Origin: Histomonas meleagridis 2922-C6/04-290x
Taxonomy: Eukaryota; Protista; Parabasalia
Length of the DNA stretch: 64,000 bases
Direction: 5' to 3'
Assembly (NCBI GenBank): GCA_020184695.1
Contig: JAANOX010000098.1
Span: forward strand, 248,001 to 312,000
The first letter of the stretch is position 1. Each line of letters begins with the position of its first letter. Both the position numbers and the translations under genes were made by a program. Below the pieces are notes generated by a model, which worked only from the letters and a program-made list of their open reading frames with translations, had not been told where the DNA came from and ran no database searches. Below, piece after piece: positions 45,301-55,272 of the stretch.

Positions 45301-48300
45301 GTTCAAATGTTTTTGTATATTTTGTGGTGGATTAGAGATTTGTCCAATATAATCTATTAACATTTGAATTGTATTAAATGATATATTTATACGTAAAGGA
45401 TCAGGAATTTTAATTGAAAATATTTTATTTTTAGTTAAATCAATTTCAAGTTGAATATTAAATGGTTCAATTATATAATCATAAAACCCATTAATTGGAT
45501 TTAATACTTCTAATCCATTAATGTTTAATGTATAATTAAATTTTTTATTAATTTTCGTTTCCATTTTCATTATATAATTATTAGTCTTAAATAATATTAT
45601 AGGTTTATAACCACCGAATTGTATAACATTACCATTTAATATAATTGAAATTGGTTTAATATTAATATCAATTGAATAATTATCAATAATTTCAACTGCA
45701 GCATATTCATCACTTTCAAATGATATTAAATTCTTTAATTTTGTTATATCATTATTAATGAATTGACGAATATAATATATATCAATGATAGATAATAATA
45801 AATTAAGTTGTGAAGATTCAACTATAATGAATTTTTGTTTTGATTCTAATAATGTATTATATTTAAGGTTAAAATTCTTTAATAATTGATGTTCATTTAT
45901 ATTTAAAAATGAACAAATGAAATTCAAATTAAACATTGAAGGTTTCGATAAATATAATAATGAAAACTTCGTTTGAATTTTATATTGTGTTTTAGTAATT
46001 GGGAATGTTATTTGACTTGATTTAATATCGATTAACATTTCTGGTTCAATTCCATCATTAACTTCAGGTTTAGGTTTAAAGTATTCATGTGTAATAAAAG
46101 GTGATTCTAATAATGTTGGAACTAATTGATTTAATTCATCATAATCAATGTTTGCATTAAATGAATTAATTACTAATTTTTTATATTTATTTTTCATAAT
46201 GAATTTTATTGATTTTTCTTTTTGTAATGAATTAATTTTCGAATTAATTGAATAACTTCCAATTAATAATTTCATTTTCTCAGATGTATAATTAAATATT
46301 ATATTATTTAATATAATGTTTTCGACATTTAATACTTTACCATTAAATGTTTTAGCATTAAAATTAACAATGATTTCAAGACAATATGGACTTATAACAT
46401 TAGGATCATCTTTAGGTATCATTGATGAAATAACTTGACATAATATTTGTGACATCTTTCGATCATAAATCATTTTAATATCATCAAAATTACAATCGAT
46501 TTTCATTCCACGTAAATATAAATCTTTTTTATCTTTAAATGGCTCAATATATTTTACTTCTTTCTCAAAGCCTTTATTCATTTTCGGTAAGTTTTCATTA
46601 ATATCCCAATACATTGGAATACATAAATTATTAAAATCAAATAAATCCCAAATTTTCCCTTTAAATATTGAGATAATATGTTTATGACCATCTTCAGATT
46701 TAAATTTAAATTGATTTAAGTTAATTGGTAAATATGTTATTACTCGACTTAATAAATTACCTTTAATATTATTTATGGTTACATCATATGTAAATATTGG
46801 CATTGTAATTGGTGCTGAGAAACTATAATTTGTTGGTGTTGAATAAATTATTGATATACTATGAATTACATCCATTAAATAATCATATTGGAAATCAGTT
46901 TCTGCTTCATTAATAGTTACTAAAATATTTGATTTATATAACTCAAATTTAAAATTAGTTGCAAATAAAAATGGATGTAAGAACTTAGGATTAATAAGTT
47001 TCGTATTTAACATTTCAATTATAATTTTCGTTTCTTTTTCCATTAATATATTAAAATGAAATTCATTAAAGTCAAATATCGTTGTAATCTTTTCATCATA
47101 TATTTTACCTGTTAAATCTTTAGAATGAATATTAAATTTAAATGTACTATTTGATTCTTCATTTTTATTGTTATTATTTTCGTCTTTTTGTTTGTTTTCA
47201 TTAAGTGTGAAAAAGTCAAGAAGATTTCGTATCTTTTGTGGACTTATTAAAAGTTTTGTTTCAGGTAATATTATATTAATTTCATTTAAATTATTAATTC
47301 CAATTGTTAATTTACCATTTGGAGAAATTATATTTTCGGAATTACATTCCAAGTTTAAATTGTCAATTAAACATTTTCCATTAGAAATAGTTTCAAATGT
47401 TAAAAATATATTTTTTGTTATTAAATTATAAATATCTTTTTGTTTAGATAACTTTGTGTTTAATGAATATAACTTAAAATCAATATCAAAGTTTAACTTA
47501 TTATTATTAATTTCTTTTGTATTATTATTTTGTATTGGTTGTGATTTAGGTAATAAATCAGTGATGTTTTTAATTGTTGTGAAAATGTTTTTATATTGTT
47601 CATGTGTCATGTTAAATATTATATCTTTAATTGAACCATTAACTAAACAATGATTTTCTTTGATTAATTTCATTGTTGCTATAAATTCCGATAATTTAAA
47701 TAATGTTTCCGTTTCAATATAAAACAAAATATTCGAAATGTTATATTTATCATTAACGTTATTCTTTAAAAGAGAAATATTTTCAATAACAATTCCATAT
47801 TTCTCTTTATCTTTAACAGATACGGAAATTTTATTAAGATCTAAAGAAAATGTTAAAACTTTTTCATTATTATTATCATTAACATTCACATTTTGTTGTT
47901 TTTCTATAATTTCTTTAGATGTTTCATTTTGAATTTGATTATTATTATTATTATTATAATTAAAGAATTTTATCATTGATTTAACCCAATCGATATCTAA
48001 ATCGACAGAAATTTCTTGAATTTTACTATTAAAATCAAATTTATTATCAATAAATGAAACATTAAATTTAGTTTCTGTTTCAAGATTAAATATATTACTT
48101 TTAATGTCATTATTAGATTTAGTACATAAAATACTTTTCATTAATAATTCCATATTAGTTAAACCATTATTCATATTATTATAAATGATATTAAATCCAT
48201 TTAATTCGAAATCTGTTTGATACTTTAATTCTTCTTCGATTAAATGGAATGAAAATTGTTCGAAATCGGCGTTAATTTCGATATTTGTTTTAATATCATT

Positions 48301-51300
48301 TTCATTTATATTATTAACATTTTTAGTTTCATTTATTACTTTTTCGGTATTGTTAACATTATTTTCGGATTGTGAATTAAGTTTTGGTATTTCAGTGGAT
48401 ATAAAATGAAGTAACTTTTGGAACTTTTGGAATTGAACATTACTTAAATTTAAGTCAACTTTAGACATTTTCAAGAAGAATTTTTGGTTTGGAATTTCAT
48501 TACATTTAACAAATGAATTTTCAAATTTAATCGACGTGTTAATAGGTATAATTAAAGGTATATTATTTAATGATATTTGGAATTGTTTCATATCGAAATC
48601 AAAAATATCATAATAAGTTTCATAATTATCAATATTACGTGGAATTTTTTCTGGTGTTTTAATTGTAACTGAGTTAAATGATATACAAATTGTTTCTTCC
48701 CAAGGTATAAATATCTCTGTTTTCCTTTGTTTAATAGATATTTTAATATAAGGATAATATTGAAGTCTTTTTTCTATTGCATATCTTGTTAATACATTAG
48801 TTGTATTAACATTTGTTAGTGTTGTTGTTTCTATTTGTTGTTGTTGTTTCTGATTCGTTTCACGTTTAATTGGTTGTATGAAATAATTAATGATCTCAAT
48901 GATTAATGGAATGTTTAAATATATTTGTGATGTAGAGTTATCGAGGTTTATATTTAATACATTTTTGTTTGTGATTTCAGATAATATATTTGCTGTAATT
49001 GCATTAGTTTTATCATCGCCTTTGAAATTAATTAAACTTTTCTCTTTAGAATTCGCAATAAATGACTTTAATGAGAATTTCGATTCGATTTTACTTTGAA
49101 GTCCATAAATGGAAAAGTCGACATCATTAATACCAATTTTTAAATCGATTATATCCAAGAAATTAAATGAGAAATGGTCAAAATTAATATGAACATTAAA
49201 TGAAACTGATCTTGGTGTAAATTGTTGTTGTTGTTGAATTGGATTTTGTTTTTCTTTTTCTTTTTCATTATTATTATTATTCGTATTACTTTTAGGTATT
49301 AAATCAATTAATTCAAATAATGTTAAATAATCTTTTTGATATATATTAAATATCATATTTTTCACATTAATATCAAATGAGTTCATAATGATTGTGCTTT
49401 TCTGTATGAAACTATGTTTAATTCCCATTTGTAACTCAACGACTTTATCACATAAGTTATGATTTCCAACTTTAATTTGGAATCCTTTAATGGAAAATAA
49501 GAATTTATCATAATAAGTTTCTTCATTATGAATATCTCTTTCGATTTGATAATCAATTGATTTAATATCGAATTCACCGAAATTAATTATTAAGTTTTTT
49601 TTTGTAGGGAATATAATCATTGGTGTATCCATATGAGCTCTTAAATCGATTTTCTTATGATTCGAAATTAAGTTTTGTATTTCTAATATTGTCGAATCTC
49701 TTTTTACTTTCTCTTCTAATGTTAATACACTTCCAATATCACGAATCATTTCCATTCCTTTCGTAAAGAATTCTTGTACACGATTAAAGAAATTAAAGTC
49801 AACATTTAATATTGGCGAACCAATATTTAAATTGAGTTGAAGAATTTGCGTTTGTTTATTAGAGTTCATAACAAATGACATACATTCATTACTTAATGAT
49901 TGTTTTTCGAAATAAAAAACTTTATTCGAATTTAATGAGTTAATTAAACTTAAATCTTTAATCGATGAGTGAATGATAATATTTGTTTTACCATTTTCGA
50001 AATCACCAATGATATCATTTAATGATATTTGTGTTAATTGGTTATCTTTATCATATTGTATTATTGCATTCATTTTGTTGATCTTAAACTTCATTAATAA
50101 GTTACCATCATCTGTTTCTAAATTAAAATCTTCAAAAGTTTCTGTTTCTTTCGATTTTTGCTTTTCAATAAGTTCTTTCTTCTTTAAAAATGTATAATAA
50201 TTGATAAGCATTGATGTCAACTCAACGCCATATTTATCTTGTAAATCCATTTTTTCGGTTTCATTTCCATTATTTAATATGTTTAAGACATATTCTTTCT
50301 CAGTATTTCGTTTCTTTAAAAACTCTATTGCAGTTCCAACTATAAATTCCTTTTTAATTCGTTTCTTTCGTGCGGTTCGATATGAATAATGCCACCAGCC
50401 ACGTAAATCTCGTCGTCGTTGAAAATTAGGACGCCCACAATTCTCAAAAAACATAATACGTGAAAATTTGTTATATCGGGATTGAATCTCTTGAATGCCT
50501 TTCCATTGGGCTGAACTGAAAAAGAGATTTATAGCTTTGATTTGCATATCAAAGATTTTGTCAGCGGTTGAATGGTTTACAGGAATTTCCATAATGCCAT
50601 CGAAATTAAGATCTTGAAGAATGAATTGATGATCATTTTTCATGCTTTCTTCCATCGTTAAAACAAATTTGCTTTGATCGGTGGTATCAATGGGTTTACA
50701 TGAAGTATCTAAATATATGGAAAATCCTGACAAAACAACTTTTTTGTATAAAACATCTGGTGGGTTGGTGAGAGTAACAGGATTACCATCTTTGTCAACA
50801 GTAAAAAGATCAATTTTGGGAATAAATATTCCAAATGATGTTAAATCTTTTTCAGCTAACTCAATTCGAAGATGAACATTTGTCACCCTTGCTTGGAGAT
50901 TAGTGGCTATCTTAAGTGTAGTGCCTGCAAGGCCAGAACCATTTGTTTCTTCATCTAATCCAATTTTTGTCAATAAATCATATTGCTGAAGAAGGCCTTC
51001 GATATCTGTTTGAATAAGTGTATTCCCAACAATCTTACCTTTCATGTAAATTCCATCAACAAAAAAAATTGATGGCTCTGAACCAAGATTTCTCCAAGGA
51101 AATGAAATTTCGATTGACTTTACCACACCTTTAACAACTTCAACAGGGATTCTGTTTGATATGAGAGCTTCGGATTTTATTGAAATATCTGCTAAATAAG
51201 CTTTTCCACTTAATATACTTGTGCGTAATTGCTTCCTACTTACAGAATATATATATTTGTGGAGGAATCTGGATATTACCATAGAAAGAACTTTGTCAAT

Positions 51301-51312
51301 AATCGCACTCAT
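42367..51312 (-). CDS. VPS13: VPS13 (chorein) family lipid-transfer protein, 2981 aa
   Basis: Chorein_N-type start (SRFLHKYIYSVSRKQLRTSILSGKAYL..IPVEVVKGVVKSIEISFPWRNLGSEPSIFFVDGIY), WWHYSYR motif, and a long beta-rich repeat region. Confidence 0.9.
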   Translation of the reverse strand: MSAIIDKVLSMVISRFLHKYIYSVSRKQLRTSILSGKAYLADISIKSEALISNRIPVEVVKGVVKSIEISFPWRNLGSEPSIFFVDGIYMKGKIVGNTLIQTDIEGLLQQYDLLTKIGLDEETNGSGLAGTTLKIATNLQARVTNVHLRIELAEKDLTSFGIFIPKIDLFTVDKDGNPVTLTNPPDVLYKKVVLSGFSIYLDTSCKPIDTTDQSKFVLTMEESMKNDHQFILQDLNFDGIMEIPVNHSTADKIFDMQIKAINLFFSSAQWKGIQEIQSRYNKFSRIMFFENCGRPNFQRRRDLRGWWHYSYRTARKKRIKKEFIVGTAIEFLKKRNTEKEYVLNILNNGNETEKMDLQDKYGVELTSMLINYYTFLKKKELIEKQKSKETETFEDFNLETDDGNLLMKFKINKMNAIIQYDKDNQLTQISLNDIIGDFENGKTNIIIHSSIKDLSLINSLNSNKVFYFEKQSLSNECMSFVMNSNKQTQILQLNLNIGSPILNVDFNFFNRVQEFFTKGMEMIRDIGSVLTLEEKVKRDSTILEIQNLISNHKKIDLRAHMDTPMIIFPTKKNLIINFGEFDIKSIDYQIERDIHNEETYYDKFLFSIKGFQIKVGNHNLCDKVVELQMGIKHSFIQKSTIIMNSFDINVKNMIFNIYQKDYLTLFELIDLIPKSNTNNNNNEKEKEKQNPIQQQQQFTPRSVSFNVHINFDHFSFNFLDIIDLKIGINDVDFSIYGLQSKIESKFSLKSFIANSKEKSLINFKGDDKTNAITANILSEITNKNVLNINLDNSTSQIYLNIPLIIEIINYFIQPIKRETNQKQQQQIETTTLTNVNTTNVLTRYAIEKRLQYYPYIKISIKQRKTEIFIPWEETICISFNSVTIKTPEKIPRNIDNYETYYDIFDFDMKQFQISLNNIPLIIPINTSIKFENSFVKCNEIPNQKFFLKMSKVDLNLSNVQFQKFQKLLHFISTEIPKLNSQSENNVNNTEKVINETKNVNNINENDIKTNIEINADFEQFSFHLIEEELKYQTDFELNGFNIIYNNMNNGLTNMELLMKSILCTKSNNDIKSNIFNLETETKFNVSFIDNKFDFNSKIQEISVDLDIDWVKSMIKFFNYNNNNNNQIQNETSKEIIEKQQNVNVNDNNNEKVLTFSLDLNKISVSVKDKEKYGIVIENISLLKNNVNDKYNISNILFYIETETLFKLSEFIATMKLIKENHCLVNGSIKDIIFNMTHEQYKNIFTTIKNITDLLPKSQPIQNNNTKEINNNKLNFDIDFKLYSLNTKLSKQKDIYNLITKNIFLTFETISNGKCLIDNLNLECNSENIISPNGKLTIGINNLNEINIILPETKLLISPQKIRNLLDFFTLNENKQKDENNNNKNEESNSTFKFNIHSKDLTGKIYDEKITTIFDFNEFHFNILMEKETKIIIEMLNTKLINPKFLHPFLFATNFKFELYKSNILVTINEAETDFQYDYLMDVIHSISIIYSTPTNYSFSAPITMPIFTYDVTINNIKGNLLSRVITYLPINLNQFKFKSEDGHKHIISIFKGKIWDLFDFNNLCIPMYWDINENLPKMNKGFEKEVKYIEPFKDKKDLYLRGMKIDCNFDDIKMIYDRKMSQILCQVISSMIPKDDPNVISPYCLEIIVNFNAKTFNGKVLNVENIILNNIIFNYTSEKMKLLIGSYSINSKINSLQKEKSIKFIMKNKYKKLVINSFNANIDYDELNQLVPTLLESPFITHEYFKPKPEVNDGIEPEMLIDIKSSQITFPITKTQYKIQTKFSLLYLSKPSMFNLNFICSFLNINEHQLLKNFNLKYNTLLESKQKFIIVESSQLNLLLSIIDIYYIRQFINNDITKLKNLISFESDEYAAVEIIDNYSIDINIKPISIILNGNVIQFGGYKPIILFKTNNYIMKMETKINKKFNYTLNINGLEVLNPINGFYDYIIEPFNIQLEIDLTKNKIFSIKIPDPLRINISFNTIQMLIDYIGQISNPPQNIQKHLNLINETGSNLTLLIKEVDKNQSNKIILKKDQKLELKMGTKISTDSMLFNWIRPEEATNPFIATNKVMFYQQNKIDRRDYILSSIIKIYNQSSIDLFLVDHVNNNKINYIELKPDTIVPIPITSSFTQTFGIITTNNKSFESKFTINDLKKGNISIVVKNNEILTKLLLNAEYDRHTNIFMINIMPLTIIKNRLLFDLIIKYGNETYRIMPGIDHMASLINSRDTRVQLNVQISNIEKEGKNIFISLEHEKPQRYCFQCNSSKVLIAITITKYNGQLIITFYPPTIIFNNTDFDLICRQDSYYADIPKHLLAFWGADSYFNNEQSRLDTYFTLKNAEKQIYSSPIDSCLESTFGDIFIPYANRKFLFLHLKYKITNAGTFSNSTIINLYTKVKVLNNTNYDLIIKPFDEITNTEYGDNVLLVKDKTIPISMSLMKLTFKVFMKNSKNFIVLNANKQIRSTFVLQLNNNQLIFVELIIEEINHEMMIKLNNPMFPQQIMISNCLKTNFIAKQFKNSTIKINILPETTSIFGFEKPYSTNKLIIEIEKQEFEIDLKVVDSKMGFLVNKKNIYVFNRINKDLTKSIIICDDMKLILQFINSKETKNYSKIFKFIIPKIEVSLIDYNYLEFCLILLNDINFSYELHPELQKINFNINSMRIHDLHSKAPIQTPIICNPFSNLPFLQLFVSVDSNSSLFSSINSIYFRMNDINVIADLSFLSDIISFYFLILTPRYQKMDKIDMPIPSNELTGYNSSQIFLKNLFISKIKINVFIEGNSSRPNLYPVMFKWFKYIPKISAPLQFNVDFIQKDNQIISNNYLMAHVLNPIIQEILDQIKSVIKSSIFKIYNGVKPIENRPRESRTYPLHKIQTFDRTKRALEFMILLRRERPTEILLDFFEFNGKCLCVTNLSLFLFGCENNKIERITLLNVSNIKEIILTNKTMVFVLNNNNRIGFEFGTLSDAERGYKEIKTMHEMQIIGTKE

Positions 51313-51970
51313 CTTTGATGATTTTTTGACTAAATTTTCTATGCTGACCGTTAAGTGGAATGTAAAATTTTACAATTGATATTTTCCTACAACTCATGGA
51401 TATTAATAAACGTGTAGAGCAAACCATATGCCACGTAATTTTAGATGAATTCATTCATTTATTTTTAAGATATTTCTATTTTTTGAGTTCGAATAAATGT
51501 TTCACAAAAAGTGATAAATCGAATTCCAAAGAGTTGACTCATTGAAGTGAAATACTTTTTCAAGACAAATTGCAACATACGCAACATAATATAGAGAATA
51601 CCAGTAACATTTTCGTGTAAGAAAAAGGCAGAGGCAGCGCTTGTGTGCAAGATGTTGTTGAATAAGACAAACTTTCAATTGATTCAAAAAAATTCGAGAG
51701 TATTTAATTTTCAAACGCACGGAACTTTTGAATGAGGCCTCATTCTGAACTCTTTTTGATTGAATGCAATGAAGTGTCAAGTAATATCTATTCGAGCATA
51801 GCAACACGTATTTCTTAAGATAGTAACCAAGAGAAAGATATTATTATTAATAGTTTTCTATATTATTTAAATATAAAAAAACATATGTTGGCAATTATCA
51901 TGAATAAAATGATTTTATGAGAATTCATATATTAAGATTGGCAAACTTTACATGAAACATTATTTTTTTG

Positions 51971-53744
51971 ATGGAACTCTCGAATGAATAAGAGTAGAAT
52001 CAATTGTCTTCAATCTCAACGAAAAAAATTTCGAAACTTCAGTTCAAGCAACAATTAATTTATTTGTTGATAAGCTACCATATACATTTAACTCTCTTGT
52101 TTCCAGTATTATATATTCAGATTTTGTTTCTCAAACTCATAATGCTAATACATATATTAAATATTTATTTATATTAAAAGCAAAAGAAGAAGAAAAATAA
52201 AAAACAAAAGTGAAACTGAAGCGAATCTTGTTCAAATATTTCGTAAATATTTACTCGGGATAAAAAAGCAAGAATCATATTATCTTCTTGAAAAGATGAT
52301 CGAAAAAGAAATAATTGAACCATCTTCAGTAAAGAACATGAACACATTATATTTTTCTAAATTTAAAACAAAAGAAACAAAAATTAAATTAATAAACAAA
52401 TGTCCAGCACTTAATGAATTATCAAAAGATGGCTGGAAGCTTCATATGCAATATGTAAAAGAAGGAGTTAATCCATTAGAAATTGCAAAAGTACTTCGAA
52501 ATGATGATTTAGAAAAGCTTCAAGAAATATCATCACATAATGAGTTTGAATTTAATCAAAAAATTAAACCATCACTTTTTGAAAGATGTTCATTTATTAA
52601 TACTAAAAATGTTTCATTAATTGATTATTGCGCATTTTTTGGTTCGATTAAATGCTTTAAATATTTGTTATTAAATAATTCGAATATAAAAAATAAATCC
52701 AAATATGTAATTGCAGGTGGAAACTTAGAAATTTTTCATTTATTTGAACAAAATAATTCATCATTTGAAAACGCATATGAAACAGCGATCGATTTTCATC
52801 GAAATGATATTTTTCGTTATCTTTATGAAAATAAAATTGGAAAAATTTCGAATGAAAGAAAAAATTCATCTTTAATGTTTTCTATCCAAAATTTATCTTC
52901 ATTACTTTCTTTCACGAAATTCGATTCCAATATCGAAAGTCAAAATAATTGTAAATTAAGTGAAGAAAATTTAATTTATCTTGGAAGAAAATGTATATAA
53001 TTCAATAATTATGAGATCTTCTAGTTTTTAGAAAAAGAAGGAATGAAAATAAATAATGAAATCATAGAAAATATAGCGTCAAAAGGAAATACATTTATAA
53101 TAAAAGGTGTAATAGAAAGTCAACAAATTCCAAAAACAATTTTACCATATTCAGTTGAATCAGGAAATATAGAAATTGTAAACTTACTTTTAGATAAAGG
53201 AATTGATGTTAATGCAAAAACTATTCATTTGAATAATTTGTAATATGTTTTAATAATTTGGAATATGTTTTAATAATTTGGAATATGTTTTAATAATTTG
53301 GAATATGTTTTAATAATTTGAAACAGCACTTCATATAGCAGTTAGAAATAATAATATAGAAATAGTAAAATTACTTTTAGATAAAGAAGGAATTGATGTT
53401 AATGCAAAATATATTCATTTGAATAATTTTATATATGTTTTAATAATTTTATATATGTTTTAATAATTTGAAATATGTTTTAATTATTTGAAATAGCACT
53501 TCATATAGCAGTTAAAAACAATTATGAAGAAATTATAAAATTACTTTTAGATAAAGAAGGAATTGATGTTAATGCAAAAACTATTCATTTGAATAATTTA
53601 TAATATGTTTTAATAATTTTATATATGTTTCAATAATTTGAAACAGCACTTCACATTGAAATTGCTCAACAGTTAGGCTTCAGAGAAATAAAGCAATTAC
53701 TTAGGGAAAAAGGTGCAAACAACAATGGGTTATATCTGATTTAA
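51971..53744 (+). pseudogene. DUF3447-ankyrin gene (locus C) with three minisatellite-like spacers; frameshifts and in-frame stops in the 5' half
   Basis: ATG 51971; single-A deficits at ~51987 and ~52197; DUF3447 core in ORF 52296-53000; stops at 52998 and ~53022. Spacers 53226-53316 (91), 53416-53486 (71) and 53586-53636 (51); 99-nt modules FETALHIAVRNNNIEIVKLLLDKEGIDVNAKYI etc.; capping repeat ends at TAA 53744. Confidence 0.8.
53226..53636 (+). repeat. 20-bp minisatellite (TAATAATTTG GAATATGTTT-type) making up the locus C spacers
   Basis: 4, 3 and 2 units give spacer lengths of 11+20n. Confidence 0.9.
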
Positions 53745-53768
53745 CATTTACATTTTAAAAATTAAATG

Positions 53769-53786
53769 ATAGCACTATAGTGCTAT
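53769..53786. other. 18-bp perfect palindrome ATAGCACTATAGTGCTAT between convergent loci
   Basis: Self-complementary by direct inspection. Confidence 0.8.
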
Positions 53787-53955
53787 ATTAAACATAAATT
53801 TTTTTAATGATCTTAATAAAATTTTCCGAGTGATACCAAATCATTATCTTCACCAAAAATTGAAAAAAAAATATCGAAACAAGAGTTGATATAAACATTG
53901 GTCATTTTTCCTAACCATAAGATTTCATTTAATATAATATATATATTTATGTTTT

Positions 53956-55060
53956 TTATAATCTATACAAAATAGAATAAAAATCAGAAACGAAAACTTT
54001 ATTTAGACTTGTTTCCATGCATCTTCTCAATGAAGTTATCTTGAAGCATCCAACTCCTTGTAAATCCAAATGATTGTTCAGGAGTTTTAGTATCAAAGTA
54101 TTTTGTTGCAGGGAAAAATCAGTAATTTTCAAAGCTTTGCTCACAGCAGTGAATGGAAGACCACGGAATGAAGTAATTGATATTGCAAGTGATCTAACAT
54201 TCGATGGAATTCGTGCAAGTTCAATCCTAATAACTTCAGCATCTTTATCAGTTGAACTACTACCAACTTGATTATCACCACAATGATGAGGGGCACCATT
54301 GAACGCATTTGATTTCCTAAACAAAACTGAATCAACCATTTTTAAGTCTTTGTCAAATGCAACAACTGTGTATCAAGATCATTCTTTGTAAGCTAATATT
54401 AATTGTTCTTGGGACTTTTCTGACTTTTTCATGGTGGAACTTCTGTTTCAGGAACAGCGTGTGATTCATTTTTCTTATGATCAATAAGGGTGCATTCTTG
54501 TTGGTTATCACATGCACATTCATAAGTATATTCCTTACAATAGAAAACAACATCATGTCCATCATGACAGTACTGTGCACAGTTCTCACATATTTTCTTG
54601 TTGCATGTTTTGCATTCAAATGAATATATTTTGCATTAACGTTGGTCCTGCATTTATGGCCATGGGCATGCCATTGCCTCCTGTTCCCATTCCAAATCCG
54701 ATGAATCGAAGTGATGTAAACAATAAAATAATTAGGATAATCATTTAGTGGCCTAATATGGAAAACATGAATAGTTATACACAATTAAATTGATGATGTC
54801 ACTAAAATTGAATGCACCATGGTTTTCATGAATTTTGTCCTGTTCAAATTGAGAAAAATTCACAGAAACAGTCACCATCCTCAACGAAATTATTTCCTTT
54901 CAAAATGACAATTTGTGTTTACAAACGATAATCAATTTCCCAAGAACCCTTCCACACACACAAGCACCTATTCACAGCATAAAGAACGAACAATCGCAAT
55001 AAGTTCTTCCTTATAATTATTTTTCTGATTTAGATTCTAATAAACTCCCATTTTCATAAT
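53956..55060 (-). pseudogene. Frameshifted UBR-box-like zinc finger(s) + TerD-domain gene
   Basis: ECKTCNKKICENCAQYCHDGHDVVFYCKEYTYECACD (54617-54507). DLD (54380), then a 1-nt shift, then VVAFDKDLKMVDSVLF...HCGDNQVG...DAEVIRIELARIPSNVRSLAISITSFRGLPF (TerD consensus). Several stops and frameshifts; 5' limit uncertain. Confidence 0.6.
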
Positions 55061-55210
55061 AGATTTCTTTTATTTTTACGAAAATAGTTCCGTTTTGAAT
55101 TTGTTACTTTTCCTTATCTTGGGTCTAATTTAGGGTTCATGAATTAAGACACCGATTGAAAGATAAGGTCGAAATTTGGGAGTGATCGCCTTGAATTGTC
55201 ACATAAAAAG

Positions 55211-55218
55211 TGCCGTTT
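55211..55218 (+). promoter_or_regulatory. M3-like motif (TGCCGTTT) upstream of H3
   Basis: Consensus match ~55 nt upstream of ATG 55273. Confidence 0.45.
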
Positions 55219-55272
55219 AAAAATTTATTCTCAAAGATACGAATTGAGAACAAAACGTACTCCATAATTTAA

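Noticed and set aside
51500-51820. Protein-looking frames with scattered stops (also 25680-26060 and 33680-33800) as pseudogenes
   Set aside because: Stop density is about what AT-rich random sequence gives, and no family motif was recognisable.
30105-53744. Alternative genetic code (TAA/TAG = Gln) or simple stop read-through explaining the interruptions
   Set aside because: H3, ADH and other genes end in TAA, long ORFs contain no internal TAA, and most spacers (71, 77, 91 nt) shift the frame.
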